DNA of 63,141 nt, filler included, from Reticulomyxa filosa (GCA_000512085.1; 18 parts of 18 records of this genome joined end to end with filler, not necessarily neighbours in it), one strand, 5' to 3'. Positions 12,105 to 26,519 are shown, numbered from the whole stretch's first letter. Program-made: numbers and translations. Notes: generated by a model not told the origin, from the sequence alone.

Positions 12105-14032
12105 CTAAGATTCTGTACCTAGTAGAGATTTGCTTTCAATTTCAATTTCTTTGCTATCTGTTTCCATTTCTGGACTAAGTATTACGTCTCCTTTTGCAGA
12201 TTTGTTGTTTGTATTATCCACGATTTCTTGTGGATGTGTGGACGATCTCCCGACCAATTCAGACGTACCCGTGCCTGCCTTGCCATGTTCGATAACGTTT
12301 TTGAAGAGTTGTTGTTGCTGATGTAATTGTTTCAATTTAAGTTCAGTCCTTTTTTCGCGAATAGCAGCACGTTGATTTTTGGGTGATATGTTATGCGGTG
12401 GCCTCTTATGGAAGATTTGATGAGTGACCAAGCGTTGCTCTTCTATTGTTATTCCTTTGACATCAAAACTGCTATCAAATTCATCTTCAATTTCTTCTTG
12501 TATCAGTTGCTCCATAATATCCTCAAGCGTAATTGCGCCCAGGAATTTCACTGTTTTTGGCATTGCTTTACCCGATTGCAAGCATTCATTCACCACATCA
12601 ACCTCACGTGTGATCAGAGCAAAATGGGTTCTTCTTTCTCGGAACAAGTTTAGTGCCTGTATCATCGTCGTGTCCGGGGACATTATCACTGGCTTTCTTC
12701 GCACATAATGTCCTAACAAGGGTTTCGGGTTTGGGTCAACCAATATCAGATCCTTTCACAAATATTTTATTATTATTATCATTATTTGTAATGTAGTCGC
12801 TTTATTTAGTTAGTTGTTACATAAATGAGTATGGGTATACATAAACCTTTTTCTTTTTCCCCCCCTCCAGGGGCCCATGTGAAGAAAGAAAAGAGATTTT
12901 TTAAAAGACAAAACTTTGACTAAGCAAATTCCAACAACGTCCATGTCATGCTCTTTGTAAACTGGAACTCTCGAAAATCCACATTCCCATATTTTGGCCA
13001 ATCCTTTGTCATCCAATTCTAAGTCATAAGGGAAACGTTTCACATGTTTCCATCTTACCATTTCCCTTTCCACTGTTAACGTCCGTAGTTTTAATGCTCC
13101 GTCTGTTTTTTTTTTTTTTGTTTTGAAAGTGTTAAATTTTTTGTCAATACTTTGGATAACACAGAAATTTCCTTTTTTTTTTTTTTTTGTGATTCGTCGT
13201 ATACGTAAAAAAACAACCTAAAAACAGTAATTCGTCTTTGTGAAACTGGTCTCTGGTGTCTTTGTCTTGAGAGATAATGCCAAACAAATTGCTCATCTCT
13301 TCGTGAGTGAAAACGGTACCATGTTGATGTTTAATGATTTTATCGAGTAACAAGGCCACCGGATAAGTGACAGGAAATGTGAGAACTTGCAACACACGAA
13401 CTACCCATGCAAAATAATAGCCTGCCTTCAAAGGGTTACTTGCCAACACTGCTTGGGGCAAGATCTCACCAAAGATTAACACAAACGTTACCGATATCAA
13501 AACTGCCAACCACGAAGATACCATTCGATCCAAAAATATTGGCAGTGACTCCATTGCTGCTGCATTGGCCACCAATAATGTCACCAACAAAAAGTGTTGG
13601 TTTTGCACAATTGGTTTGATTCGTTTCACCACCTGAAGGGTTTTGTTGTTGTATTATTGTGTTCTTGTTGCGAAATAATTTTTTTTTTTTGGAAAGAACT
13701 TTTCGATCGTATGGCTTTGATGACATTTCCATAATTTTGATTTTTAATGGGGCAATGGACAGTAATGACAAGTTTAAACCACTTGTCAACCCAGCAAATA
13801 AGATTAAAAAAGCACACACAAGTGAATAGATTAAAATCTTTCCTGGTGGAAGTGAGCGCAGAACCTCTTCACTGTTTTCCGCCCAAAGCCATTTGTCGTT
13901 CCAAATACTCACGTCGTTTTCCTCAGAAATACGGCCATACGAAAACCCATTTTGATCAACAAAATGTGAGGTGCCATCAGACAAGTGAACTATGGCCAAT
14001 TTTACAAATTCTGTCGTAATTATTCCTACCAT
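12105..14032 (-). CDS. CNNM/DUF21 + CBS-pair metal (Mg2+) transporter (multi-exon)
   Basis: FAGLTSGLNLSLLSI, HFLLVTLLVANAAAMESLPIFLD, FVLIFGEILPQAV, GFSRVPVY, GAITLEDIMEQLIQEEIEDEFD. Confidence 0.93.
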
Positions 14033-14346
14033 TTGGTATATTTTAAGTGAAAAGATCAGGGCGAGAAACCCCCGCCAAGAAAGACAATAGTACATCCTAA
14101 AGCTACATTTGACCTCGTTCAGCGCGTCAAATTGCCCAAAATTGATACGAACATTTAACAGGGCGTCCAATTACTTATGCATCTATATACCAAAAAATTC
14201 ATGCTTGGAAAACGTGCTCTAGTTTGTTATACAAGTTTTTCAGTGAAAAAGAATTTGAGTGTCTACTGATCAATAGTACAAATGAATTTTTCCGTGTGCA
14301 AGAAGAATTTTAGAAAGAAAAAAGATCGGCCGTTCAATTCATCAGA

Positions 14347-16182
14347 ATGCCTTCTTTACCTCCAGATAATGAAGTGATAGGCTCAAATGAAGATTCATAT
14401 AGCCGATATTTTGGTTATTTGCGCTCTTTTTCTTCTACCCGTCCAAGGTTAGTTTTTTTTAAGTTTATTGTCCAAGCTGTGCTAGTTGGATCATTTCTGC
14501 TAGCAATGTATTATGTATGCGCATATTTGGAGGTGCAGCATAATCAAAAGTTCCAATCTAATTCAGTTAACATACGTTCTCGTGTGAATGCGCGTGCCCC
14601 AGGCAAAAGCCAAAAAAGTGCATTTGAGCCAAGAGTGAGCAAGGAGAAGGGAAAAAAAAAAAAAAATGGAGTAAGAACAAAAAAAATAAATAATTATGCA
14701 ACAGCTATATTATTTGCGAGACCTAGCCTACCCAATATTACAATTTTTGTGGACATGGTGCATATTAGTAGTGATTCACTCTCCAAAAAATCTGTGGCCG
14801 AGCATGTGGTCAGCACTACTAAGTGCAAGCCTTGGATACTTTGTGTTATGTGTATTATCATATGAAATGGATGAACAAAACAAGGAATGGAATTTGATCA
14901 GTGATAATCCGTCCAAATGGGAGCAATATAATTTTTGCAAACATTTTCGTTGTAGTCGATACAACGTCTTCGATATTTGGTTTACACTTTTTCAATTCCC
15001 TATTTTCTTTGCTTTTGCACTTGTCTTTTGTCATTTACTTCTTTTCAAAATACTTATTCCTCGTGCTTACAATGATCAGTCCAATCGTCAACAAAACAAA
15101 GTTCTTATTACTTTTTTTTTTTTAAAAAAAAAGAAATAAATTACACAGAGGGTGAAAGAGAGAAAAATTAGAGTCACTTCTGTTTATAAAAAAAAAAAAA
15201 AGAGTCATCATATGTCAATGTGTGAAAAAAAAAAAAAAAGCAATTGCTTTTGGAGTTGCAAGACACAAAATCGATGAACGACTCCACATTCCAACGACTA
15301 AATGAAGCCCAAAATGTTGACATTGGTCAAGACAGTTTGGAGAAGAGTGGTATGCGTATTTTGAAATGGATGCTGTTGTTTGTGATCGTATATCACGGTC
15401 TTCAAGTAATTTGGTTTGTCGTGAGTGGCACCAATCCGGACAGCGATTGGAGCTTGGGTGTGTATGCCTGTCTATGGGTCGAATATGCGGTCGGCAAATT
15501 TGTGATGAAACGGATTGGACGACAGATAGATCAAAGACGTCTTTTGGCAAGCATTTCTTTGGAACTGATATTTGAAGTCTTTGCTTCGTCATTTTATTGG
15601 CTTAATTTACGAGAACTAATCGTCGACTTCAACCTCCAATCCACCACTTGGATTATCATTGTAATTGCACATACGACCATGATGTTCTTTGATCTTATCG
15701 TTCGACCAAGTAATTTCTGGTTTCAATGCATCCCAAGATTCCAATCGGTTAGTGTACTTGTATATATGCATACAAATATGTGCATGTGTGCATGTTTAAA
15801 AAATTTGGAGTCGGTGTTTGTGCTTACTCATTAAATATCAATACAGAATGCTGACAAGGTGCGACAGTCTAATTGGCAACAATGGCAGGAACGCTGCAAC
15901 TTGGACAATTGTGTTCGGTTTGTAATTGTAATTTATTCTTTTGTTTATGTGAACGTCATGCTTGGCATTCGACAACTGTGGCAAACCGATGTTAAAAAAT
16001 GTCATCAAACGATGTGGCTATTTGCTGCCGAAATGGGATATTATCTTTTACTTGTATTACTTTCTTACCGTAGAGAACCAAATATTACCGAGCCGTTGAC
16101 GAGGATTTTTGGCGCTTTCAAATTCCTCTTTTTGTGTTTGTTTGTTTGTTCTTTAAATGTTGTAGCTGTTATGCTACTCTAG
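14347..16182 (+). CDS. Polytopic membrane protein of unknown function (multi-exon)
   Basis: Consecutive hydrophobic ORF segments (14347, 14696, 15244, 15859) separated by intron-like poly-A tracts with GT/AG ends. Confidence 0.6.
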
Positions 16183-16415
16183 AATTATTTTTAAAAAAAA
16201 AAATTTGCAATTTTTCTTTGGAGTTGCTATCAAATTGTACGCTATCCAATGTAATATTATTTTTTTTGCAAATGCGAAATTTGTTATTGCAAATCACAAA
16301 TTTAAGAATACCTCAAAGTGTTCACGAATATACGATATGAATCACTACGAATTCGCTTCAGTTTCTGGCTCTTTTTTTTCGAAAAAGGAGGAAAATAGAG
16401 ATTGAGAACAAGATC

Positions 16416-17535
16416 ATGACGTCCGCTGATACATTCTTTTATCACGTAATTGCAAAACAATTTTTGAAGAAAGATCAGGCTTTGTGGATATGCGGATTTG
16501 GAAACAACGGCTTACTGTCTGATTTGTCAGGGCTGGGAGTTTCTTGGATTTTTTATTACACGTTTATTCACGTGGTTTACTACCTTGGAGGATATGTGAT
16601 CCGATCACTCGTAAGAAAGTTCTTTCCTTCTCATGGCACAAACCGTGTTCCCAAGCACCTTGAGATCCACCATATAAAAACAAGTGAACTAGCCTTTCCA
16701 TTGTACACATTTGTTCCTGTGTTAGGCGATTTTGCACGAAAGAAAGGATTCGCTAGGTGTGTTGTAGTGAGCACCTTTTTTTTTTGTATCCAGGGCACTC
16801 AGCCATAATCGATTTCGTTTTTATTTTTATGCTCCCTCAATTTTTTGTGTTCAATATTTGCTTAGTTTGTGCGAAAGCGTGGAATTGTGTGGTGGCTTTG
16901 CTCCTTCTTTATTGAAATTTGTTGCATTTATGGTATTGTTAGAGTTTTTGGTATTTTTCGATCATTGGTACATTTTAGTTAATCTTTTTTTTTTTGCGGG
17001 GCTGTTTAAAAAAAGGAAAAAAATATGGACACCACGTGGTACACACATTTTCTTTTTTAAAAATATATATGTGTACATGGTTATGCTCGCAATTTGCCCT
17101 TACGATTATGTACACATAAAAAAAAAAAAGCATCGATGGGAATGGGGCAAAAAAAATTTGAATCATCACTTGCATCATAGCTTTGAGCTGGCAGATGAAA
17201 TGACGGCTTGGACAGGATACGCATTTGAAGCCGTTGACGGATTTTCGCAAGGATTCCCATTGGTGATTTGTCAAATGGTGGTACCTATTCCTTTATCGTG
17301 GTATTTGGCCCTTGTTGTCACAATTGCAATGTGGACTATGTACATTCATTGTGGCGTTCCAACTATTTGTTGGCCATTTATGGGCGCTGATTATCATTTT
17401 ATTCACCATAAATATAATTGGTATAACTTTGGATTTTTCACCATGTTCTTTGATTGGCTGTTTGGAACTTTAAAACATCCTGTTCCTGAAGACTTTGTTG
17501 GCGATTGTCGATCAGAACAAAAAAAGGAAAAGTAG
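16416..17535 (+). CDS. Fatty-acid hydroxylase superfamily, Delta7-sterol C5(6)-desaturase-like (ERG3/DWF7 type)
   Basis: His boxes HWYIL|H, HHLHH, HCG and HFIHH. PFMGADYHFIHHKYNWYNFGFFTMFFDWLFGTL matches the plant-type DWF7 C-terminus. Two introns inferred. Confidence 0.85.
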
Positions 17536-18085
17536 TTAATTTTTTTTTTGGGATTTTTTCGTGTTTTTTTTCATCGTCATGTGCCTCTTTGTTCATTACA
17601 TTGGCCATCTTGTAACGTTGCGACGGAAAAGTAATTCAGGATAAAAAGTTTGTAGAGTTAGTTCACGTTGAAACATACAACAACGCCATGGGTTGGGGCA
17701 TGTCTTATTTTTTTTTTTTGTGTTGTTGAGTTCTCAGTAAGATCTTTGAAATTAAAGGAAATAATTTTTTTCATGTTGTTTAAAAACAGTAGTTCAGAAT
17801 TTCTGCAATTTTCACAAAGATATTTTATTACTTTTTTAAATTTGGCAATTGAATGACTAGCTCCCTAAAAGCTGACTTCTAAAAGAAAAGCAATAAAAGT
17901 TTTATTTGAGACGATAATCTTTAACGTAAAGTTATCTTAGCATTGTTAACTTATCGAATACATTAAAAAGGAAAAGGGCGTCCTACGCGTGACAAAAAAG
18001 AACGGTAAATAAAATTTAATACTTTTAAATTTTAACCATTTTGTTGAATTTTTTTATTCAACAAAAATTATTTCAATTTTCAAGT

Positions 18086-19345
18086 TCACAATCTAACCGT
18101 GAATTCGATTTTTTGATTTTTTTGCTTCTTTGGATGTAATGAAGATAGTTTGTAAGATCTTTGATTTCTTTTATTTTTTTTGCACCATTTTTCCAATAAA
18201 TAGCAATCCAAATTTTTGGAAAGTTTTGATGCAATTGCATTTTTGTTTTTGCAAGAAGTAGAGCTGATGAACATTTGATGCATCCCTAATCCAACATTGT
18301 GTGTTTTGTTTCTAAGTTGTACTGTGAGCAGTATTTCAGAATTAGAAGAAAGATAGTGTTGGTTGCTGTTCAATCCATAAAAATGAAGAATTAAATCCAA
18401 ACAAACAGCAGAGGTTGAAATACAACATCTACTTTTGTTGTCGATAAACCCAGTGTATGTACGTAGCCAATGTTCGACCACTGTAGATAATGCATCCCTC
18501 AAACACAACACTGGTAACACGTATGCTGATATGTTCAACTGTCTCAATCTTTCTAAAACTGGTTTTGGATCTTGCACAACAAGTTCCAATAAATGATATT
18601 TCATTGGTAGTCCTTTTTGATGATGAAATACAACTCTGCTATAAATAATGTTATCTTTTGAGAATGTCGTATTTTGATCCATTGTATCTGTCAATTGATC
18701 TAGTAAAGCCTCCACTAAACCATAACAATCATGGTCATATATAAAAGGATATTTTACTCTGATAAAAGTAGGCATATTAATTCGATCATCCCATAATTTC
18801 ACAACGTAGTCAATCTTTTCATTTTCGCTGTCTCTCACAACATTCAATGCTGTTGTCATATCATCGAACAACACTATCCCATCGCCATCACGATCAAACT
18901 GAAAACATATCTTCTTCTTTTTTGTCCAGCCAATGGCACGGTCGAAACTCGGGTGTTCGTAGAACAGTTCGCCCCATGGATCAATCTCTAACTCAATTGT
19001 GGCATTTGATGCTGGCTTAGTATAATAGGACACCATAGCCAAAGGTTGAAACACCTTCTGTGAATCATTTCAGGCCCGCTCCAAAGGAGCAAGGAGAGAA
19101 AGGAGAGGAAGAAAAAAGACGGAGCGAGTTGGAAAGAGAAGGGGTATAATAGTCAAACAATGGTATACACAATAACACCCAACTCTTTGAATTTTTTTTT
19201 CTAATTTAAGCCTCATATTTTCCAAAGAGATGCCCATAATATCACACCATTCTTCTACCAGCTCCTGATCGCACCATACTTCATTCGCGCTTGAAAGAAC
19301 TGCAAACTCTTCGTCAAACCATTTATCCCACATTGACGCTTCCAC
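18086..19345 (-). CDS. Hypothetical protein (probably two exons)
   Basis: A 322-aa ORF plus an upstream ORF with natural amino-acid composition. No family recognised. Confidence 0.55.
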
Positions 19346-19994
19346 CTTTTCTTGATTGCACCATTGCCTGACTTTTTAAAAATGCCTGCCACTGACAAGA
19401 GAGCCACTCACAAACAAACAAAAACCAACAACTTCTTACGTTGTTCTGAGGCAAAAATACATTCATTCCAAATTTTATTCTTGAACATAAAGTATTCGAA
19501 CGAACCCAAACAATATTCCTTAAAAAAAAGATTAAACATTTTTAAAAAATTAAGAAAAGTAAACAAAAAATACTTTTCAGTCCAAAAAAGGTTTCTTAAA
19601 AAGAACTAGTTTTATTTTTCCATTGTCTTATTTGTGCTTTTTTGTAGAAGAAAGTTTTTATTTTCAGTGCCCTCACAAGTGTGTGTAACAAAAAAGAAAG
19701 ATATTATTGCCAATATGTTATTTCACTTATTTTTAATTTTAGATATACAAAAAAAAAAAGCAAATTTTGTGAAGGACTTTGAAAGTGAAAAAAAAAAGAA
19801 AGACGTGAAAACCTCAAGAATATTTGAAAAAGCTTTTTTTTTGTGAGTTGTATGAAACAAACAACAGTGCTGTTTAGTCTCAAGCTGGAAGAACCCTTTA
19901 GTTTTTTAAAAGGAAGGGAGTTTTTGAGTTCCTTTTTTTTTGGCTCGTTCGTTTGGTTTTTTTTATTGCATTTAGTTGTTTTTTTACAAATAAA

Positions 19995-20035
19995 ATGAGA
20001 GAAGTTCTTACAATTGAAGTCGGCCAAGCCGGTAT
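19995..20035 (+). CDS. Alpha-tubulin N-terminus (divergent), truncated by contig end
   Basis: ATG at 19995 gives MREVLTIEVGQAG. The MRE... start and GQAG motif are alpha-tubulin signatures. Missed by the ORF track. Confidence 0.8.
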
Positions 20036-20135
20036 NNNNNNNNNNNNNNNNNNNNNNNNNNNNNNNNNNNNNNNNNNNNTTAATTAATTAANNNNNNNNN
20101 NNNNNNNNNNNNNNNNNNNNNNNNNNNNNNNNNNN

Positions 20136-22615
20136 TGAGGATGAGGATGAGGATGAGGATGAGGATGAGGATGAGGATGGGGACGAGGATTGTCGTGGTT
20201 TGAATATTGTGGTAAGTCCTCAATGGTCGAATCCTCTCGCATTCGTAACTGTTTTTCATCTGGGGCAATCTCAACATCTAATGGATTGACATTGGCATTT
20301 GGATTTTCTGTCCAAATGGTATCTCGTAGTCGCTGGCTCGGGTCGTCGTAATCCAGGTTATCCAATGGGTTCATTTGTCCTCCTTTCCCAAACTCGTTTG
20401 AATTTTGTGCTTTACATATATTGTTTGACATATATGTATATATATCACAAAGGCACGCCCTTATTTGCACAATCCATTGCTACAACGACAGCAACAAAAT
20501 AATTAACTTTTGATTGGAACAAGGGTTTCTTTGGCCTGTTCTTGAGTGGGAATGGTGCTAATGTTTTCAGAAGGGAGTTGAGGGGCGTCAAAGTCATCTT
20601 CGGCTTGTTTGATTTCCTCTATTTGAGATACTTCTTTTGGCTTGTTTTGCTTCTCTTGCTCGTGTGCATTCGCATCTCCTTCATCCGAATGTAAGGGAAT
20701 CACTGAGATTTGTTGTTGTTGTTGTTGTTGTTGCTGCTGCGGTTGTTGTTGTTGTTGTTGTTGCTGTTGCTGGAGTGAATAATCATTAATCTCCATTTGA
20801 AGCGGTTGGCTTTGATTTCGGTTTTGAAATTGATATTGATTTTGCATTTGCACTTGATTTAGACTTTTATAGAACTGAACACCCTGCGGAATTGGGATAG
20901 GTGGAGCCTGATATCCGTGCGAGGTGAAAAAGCGACTGACCTGTTTGTCATATTCGGCCAATTCATGATAGAATCTCTCCTCAATTTTTTTGCGTTCTGC
21001 GTCTTGTTTTTTCACGTCTTTGATGTACAGTCCTAATTCATGCAGTTCGAGTCGGAACATATTTTCTTGTGACTTCATTTGTTCTTTCAGTTCTGTAGCT
21101 AATCACACAACATTTTTTTTTTTTGGGAATGTCTGTTGTTTAGAGTGAGTTTTGTTGTTTATTGGTCCTTTTTGTTGTTATAAAAAAAAAAACAATCCAA
21201 TTGCATCTCTCTCTCTCCTTCTCCTTCTCGTTCTCCTCCTTGAAGACCCCTTTCTCAATATATACATCTGCTTTCATAATCTTCCAATTGCTGTGCTCGA
21301 ATAGCCTGCTCGGTCTCAATCTGTTGAACTTTGGCGACCATTCGTTCGAGCTCACTTTCGAGCTTCCCACACTTGTCCCGATATTCCCTGGCGAGTTTGT
21401 TCGACCTGGTTAATTTGTCTTTGTGTTCGTGGTAGTATTCATTGAACTTTTTCCGTTGTTCTTCCCAGTAATTTTCCAATTCACGAATTTGCTGTTGTGC
21501 AAACATACATTTTATACAAAATATCTATTATGTATGTAATACACATAATAGATATACACATATATGTACATATATGTATATATTTGTACGTATATGGTTA
21601 CGTACATACATGATGTATAAGTTATACTTGGGGGGGGACGTCACACACAATTTGCAAGTATATTTATATATAAAAAAAAAGAAAACATAACTCCTTCATA
21701 ATAAAGTTTTTGTTTTTGGACATGTTCTTCAAATGATTTCAGTTGTAGCTCCAACTCTTGTGTCGACGGTCCACTAGGTGTTGTGGAATGTTTTATTTCT
21801 TGGTCTTTCATAAGCTATTCAATCGATTATCATACCAAAAAAAAAAAAATATCACAAGGCTAGGTCAATCACAACTGAACAAACAAACAAACAAACAAAC
21901 AAATAAAACTTCTTCAATCTTGGCTTTGAGTTTTACAATTTCTTGTTGCAACTTGGCAATGGTTTCTGTGCTTTCATTGAGTTGTTTGGTGGAGAATTCG
22001 GACGACTCTCTGGCGGACACGAGCATTTGATTTTCATGTTTTAGATCGTTGATCTGTTGTTTCAGCTGTTCATTTTCGGCCGCGACCTTGTCTTTGTCTT
22101 GGACAAGAGCCAGCTTCTCTTGCTCCGCTTTTCAAGTTCGACGCGATGTTGATCTTTGGTCATGATCACTTCCAACTTGTTTGCGCCCAGCTCTTTTTCC
22201 AAAAATGTGATTTGGCTTCGCAACTGGTCTTCCAACGAGCTGAACACCTCCTTCATCTTCGCCATCGACTGGTTCAGCTTCGACCGCTCTTGCTCGCGAC
22301 TGTCCACCGCGGTTCGCACCAGCGACACATACGTCATCATCGCTTGCTTGTCCGGTTCTCCAATATATGCCATACGTCCAACAGTTGTGGGATTCGCAGG
22401 CGCTCCTCGGCGTATCCCAACACGTGCTTCAACAAGTCGTCCGGATCCATGTCTTCGATGTCGTCTTGTGACAGTCTTTCCTCCTCGTGCAACGCTGCAT
22501 TCAGCAAATACACCAATGACAGTCCACTTTGGAAATCCGTCGTAAAGTTCTTTATCTTTATTTTGTCTGGCAAATGCTCGTTGCACCAATGCAATAACCG
22601 TTCTTCGGGGGAGTG

Positions 22616-22618
<3 letters not shown>
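20136..22618 (-). CDS. Calponin-homology (CH2-type) domain plus long coiled-coil protein with poly-Q and (HP)n tail, partial
   Basis: PEERLLHWCNEHL...IKNFTTDFQSGLSLVYLLNA...AEERLRIPQLLD then EPDKQAMMTYVS, joined across a 1-nt frameshift near 22360. Downstream exons are heptad-rich. Confidence 0.8.
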
Positions 22619-22655
<37 letters not shown>

Positions 22656-24647
22656 NNNNNNNNNNNNNNNNNNNNNNNNNNNNNNNNNNNNNNNNNNNNT
22701 TAATTAATTAANNNNNNNNNNNNNNNNNNNNNNNNNNNNNNNNNNNNNNNNNNNNCGAAGACAATTCAAACAACATAAGAAATATAATCGTTTTAACAAT
22801 GATGTAAAAGATTGTTTGAAGAAAAAAGTAATTTGTAAGTTTTATGATATTATAAATAATAAAAATGCAAATTGCAAATATCGTTGTATATTATGTCGAG
22901 TAAATCATGCAATAGATTATATTCTCTGTGAAATCATAATCAAGACTATTGAAAAACTTGGAATCAAAATTACTATAAATTAGAATTAATATTGAAAAAG
23001 AAAAATTTATCGTGGAAAGAAACAGTTCAACAAATAAAAAAAAAAAGAAAATCCACATAACAATTCTAAAAAAAAAATTACACAACAGAAGCAGACCAAA
23101 AAATTAATACAATCCGATTCAAAACATATCAATGTATTGAGTGCAGAAATAGCAAACTTCGATTGACAATCAACGAATTTATGAAATAATTTATATAAAA
23201 TAGATACAATATTCCAAAGATTGAGAATGAACAACAAATAAATTTGGATTATTGATTGTAAATTATCTGTTAATCTTTCAAAATAATATCAAATAATTTT
23301 ATTCCAAATCCTAAATGCCATAACAAAATCTTAACAGAATTAAAGTACATAAATTGAAAATAATGCTTAGAAAGCAACGAATACAAGCGAATTTTACAAA
23401 ATTAGAAATAATCACAACAACTTCGAAGAAATCTTGCGACAATAAAAATTTCGTCCAAAAAATCATGAATCTTTCTACAAATACATCAAAGATTAAATTA
23501 CAAATCTATCTACATTCAAAGTAATAGAACTACATGAAAATGTGAATCTATTCGATGATTAACAATCTGAAATTACATAAGAAGATATTATTAAATCATG
23601 ATTCAAATTTCATGTTATAAAGTAAAGTGATAATATAACATTCATAATATCATGATCAAAAATATATTTGACTCATTAATTCAATCAATTGTATTTTTGT
23701 TTGGATGGAGCTTGTAATAGGATACATGGCATTGCAATTGATATAAATGAAACGCAAAATCAAATGGACCTCATGCAAATAGCATTGAACAATATTTTTA
23801 TATTTGCAAATATGTGAAAGATTTTTCTATCTCCAGAAAAAACACAATCTGTCAAGTTCAAAATAAAACAATAAGAAATTTATCAACTTCATATCAATTT
23901 AGATTGAACCACAATTATAAAAACATACAATGTCAAATATTTAGAATTAATTAATTTTTAAGATAATCATCTGTCATTATTTTCAATATGATTTTGCATT
24001 CTGGAATATAGAATTGAATAACACTAGAAAAACCCAAAGAATTACAATATGTACAATATTGTTAGTGACAAATGAAACTGCATATTATACGGTAAATATT
24101 ATATATAATCATCCACTTGAACTAAGACTACAACAAGAATTAAAGATATAACAAATATTAATGTTGTCTGAAAAACTTCAAAATCACAATTTACAGTGTT
24201 AAGCAAACTAACAAATGATAATTTTGTAGTGATATATTGTGATATAATTGTATTTCACAACAATGTGTTCATTGTGTGTTTAGTTCTTCAAGATAAATAC
24301 AATCACAATAGTTGGAACTTGAATATACAATCATTAAATTGTTACAAATTATTGATATGAAATTGATTTAATAAAATATTACTTGATTATGACTACAAAC
24401 ATTATTTGCAACACAAATATCACGTAATTATTCTGAATGATTGCGAATTTGTTATTAATTTATTTAAGAATATTATGTAGTACTGAAAATCACAAAAAAT
24501 CAAATTGTGATATTCTAACGAATTCTTAATACTTTTGACATTATAAATGTTACTGAAACCTATTGTATTAAATGACATTCTAGAATACCCTTAACGACAT
24601 ATTTACATAAATTAAATCCATATTCGTATTTGTGAAAAAAAGGACAG

Positions 24648-25746
24648 CTATTGCCAGCAATTAAACAATTTAAGAAACACTATAGCAGCAGGTGGTACTT
24701 CACAACGATAGGCGGAAAAATTGAAATAAGATGTATCACTCCAAATGTCAAGTACATCACAAAAAGTGACTTTTGATTGATTGTAGACAAATGGAAGAAT
24801 AGCAAATTCAATGTGAAATGATTCAGCTGTAGTATCGTAATTGCGATTCAAAAACACCAAGCTAGCATTGCCAACAGTTGCTGGTAAAGGTTTATACCAA
24901 ACATTTTTGGATTTAGTATCGATATAATTGAATTGTGGGTCAAATTCGGCAAGCAAGTCTCCGGCATTTTGTGTTTGGCTGTCATAGCATTGATTGATTT
25001 GAATGGCATGCTTATTTGTGATGACATTCAAAACCATTGGAGTGATATTATATATATCATTGCTAACAATCAAAGGCGCGCTCGTGATACACCACAAGCC
25101 GAAATGTGCTTCGTTGATTCGTCGAGCACGTTCGGTCCCGTCATCGGCAAACTCACCATTGCCAATTTCCAAAAAATCGGGGTCGTTCCAATGTCCAGGT
25201 CCTCCATATTGTCCAAACGATTTCAAACAGTCCAAATTGTGCAACATGCTCCCCCACGTCGCATTGATATCTTCTGATATCCTCCACATATTCACCGTGC
25301 TCAAGCACCACGGTTCCCACGCATTCGCTTTAGAGCTGTTTGATTTATTTTATTTATTTTTTTTTTTTCCATTGACTGAATTAATACAAATCAAATGCTT
25401 TAAGAGACTTTCAAATATATGCATATGTATAAGCTCTTCAATTGACTTTGATTATCAAACAATAAATTGCATGGTCACAAATCAAACTGATTGGTGGAGT
25501 TGTCGTGCATACATCCGTTTCTGCAATCGCTGAGTAGCACTGGCCTGCCAGTGGCGTTTAGCATCTTTTGCCATCTTTGCATGATTACGGTCTCATTTTC
25601 TTGCACGTAACACGCGTCCACTTTGATCATATCCATGCCCCATTCCACAAACAATGCTATGTCCTTTTTTTTTTTTCCGTTGGTGTCATGACCAGGTGTA
25701 TAGTGAGCATTGTGTTACAAGCTATAAAAGAATAATATGTGTGTAC

Positions 25747-25777
<31 letters not shown>

Positions 25778-26253
25778 ACAATAATAATAATAATGAAATA
25801 AAAATTGTTGTGTGCTGAAACTTGAGTTTCGTAATACTCGCTCATTGGTGTGTCCTTGTCACACGCGGAAACACCTGCATCTGTGTAATGTCCATATTTC
25901 AACCCATTGCTATGCACATAGTTGATTACGTCCACAATGCTTGTACCGTATCCAGAGATATTGTACTTCACTGGATCAAAGGTCATAAAACCACTTGCAT
26001 TTCGGACTATCGAATTGTTGATGTGATACCACCATCCTCCGTCGACGTTGATGTATTCATACCCCACTTCTTTTAAACCCATTTTCACAAACACATTCAC
26101 GGCTTGGTAAAACACACTTGCGTTCCAATCTCGGGCAAAGTAGTTCCATGTCGACCATCCCATCGGTGGTGTCAAACCAAGTCCATTGTTCAAGCTTTCT
26201 CCAAACCAATATAGCAAATGAGAAAATAGCCAAAGTATTTTCCAGGAATCCAT
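24648..26253 (-). CDS. Secreted glycoside hydrolase family 27 (alpha-galactosidase-like), multi-exon
   Basis: Signal peptide MDSWKILWLF, LNNGLGLTPPMGWSTWNYF, GYEYINVDGGW, GLKYGHYTDAG, GMDMIKVDAC (~25612-25641), NMWRISEDI, GPGHWNDPDFLEIGNG, HFGLWCITSAPLIVSND. Confidence 0.93.
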
Positions 26254-26519
26254 TTCCTTTTGCTTCAGAAAAATAAATAATTTCTTGACGCTCCATTTGT
26301 CAGACCCCTTTATTTTCTCTAGCGACTGTTTTTTTTTTTGAGCTATTAAGAAGATCAGTAAACCTGTCTGCTTCATGTAATATAATAAAAAAGGTCTCAT
26401 TAATTTTTTGAGCCTAATTGAGAAACGCTTGTAAACAAAACAAGAATATTTTCGAGGAGAAGGAAAAAACAAACCCAAAAAAAAAAAAAAAAAAAAAAAA
26501 TCATTTGAAAGGAGTAATA

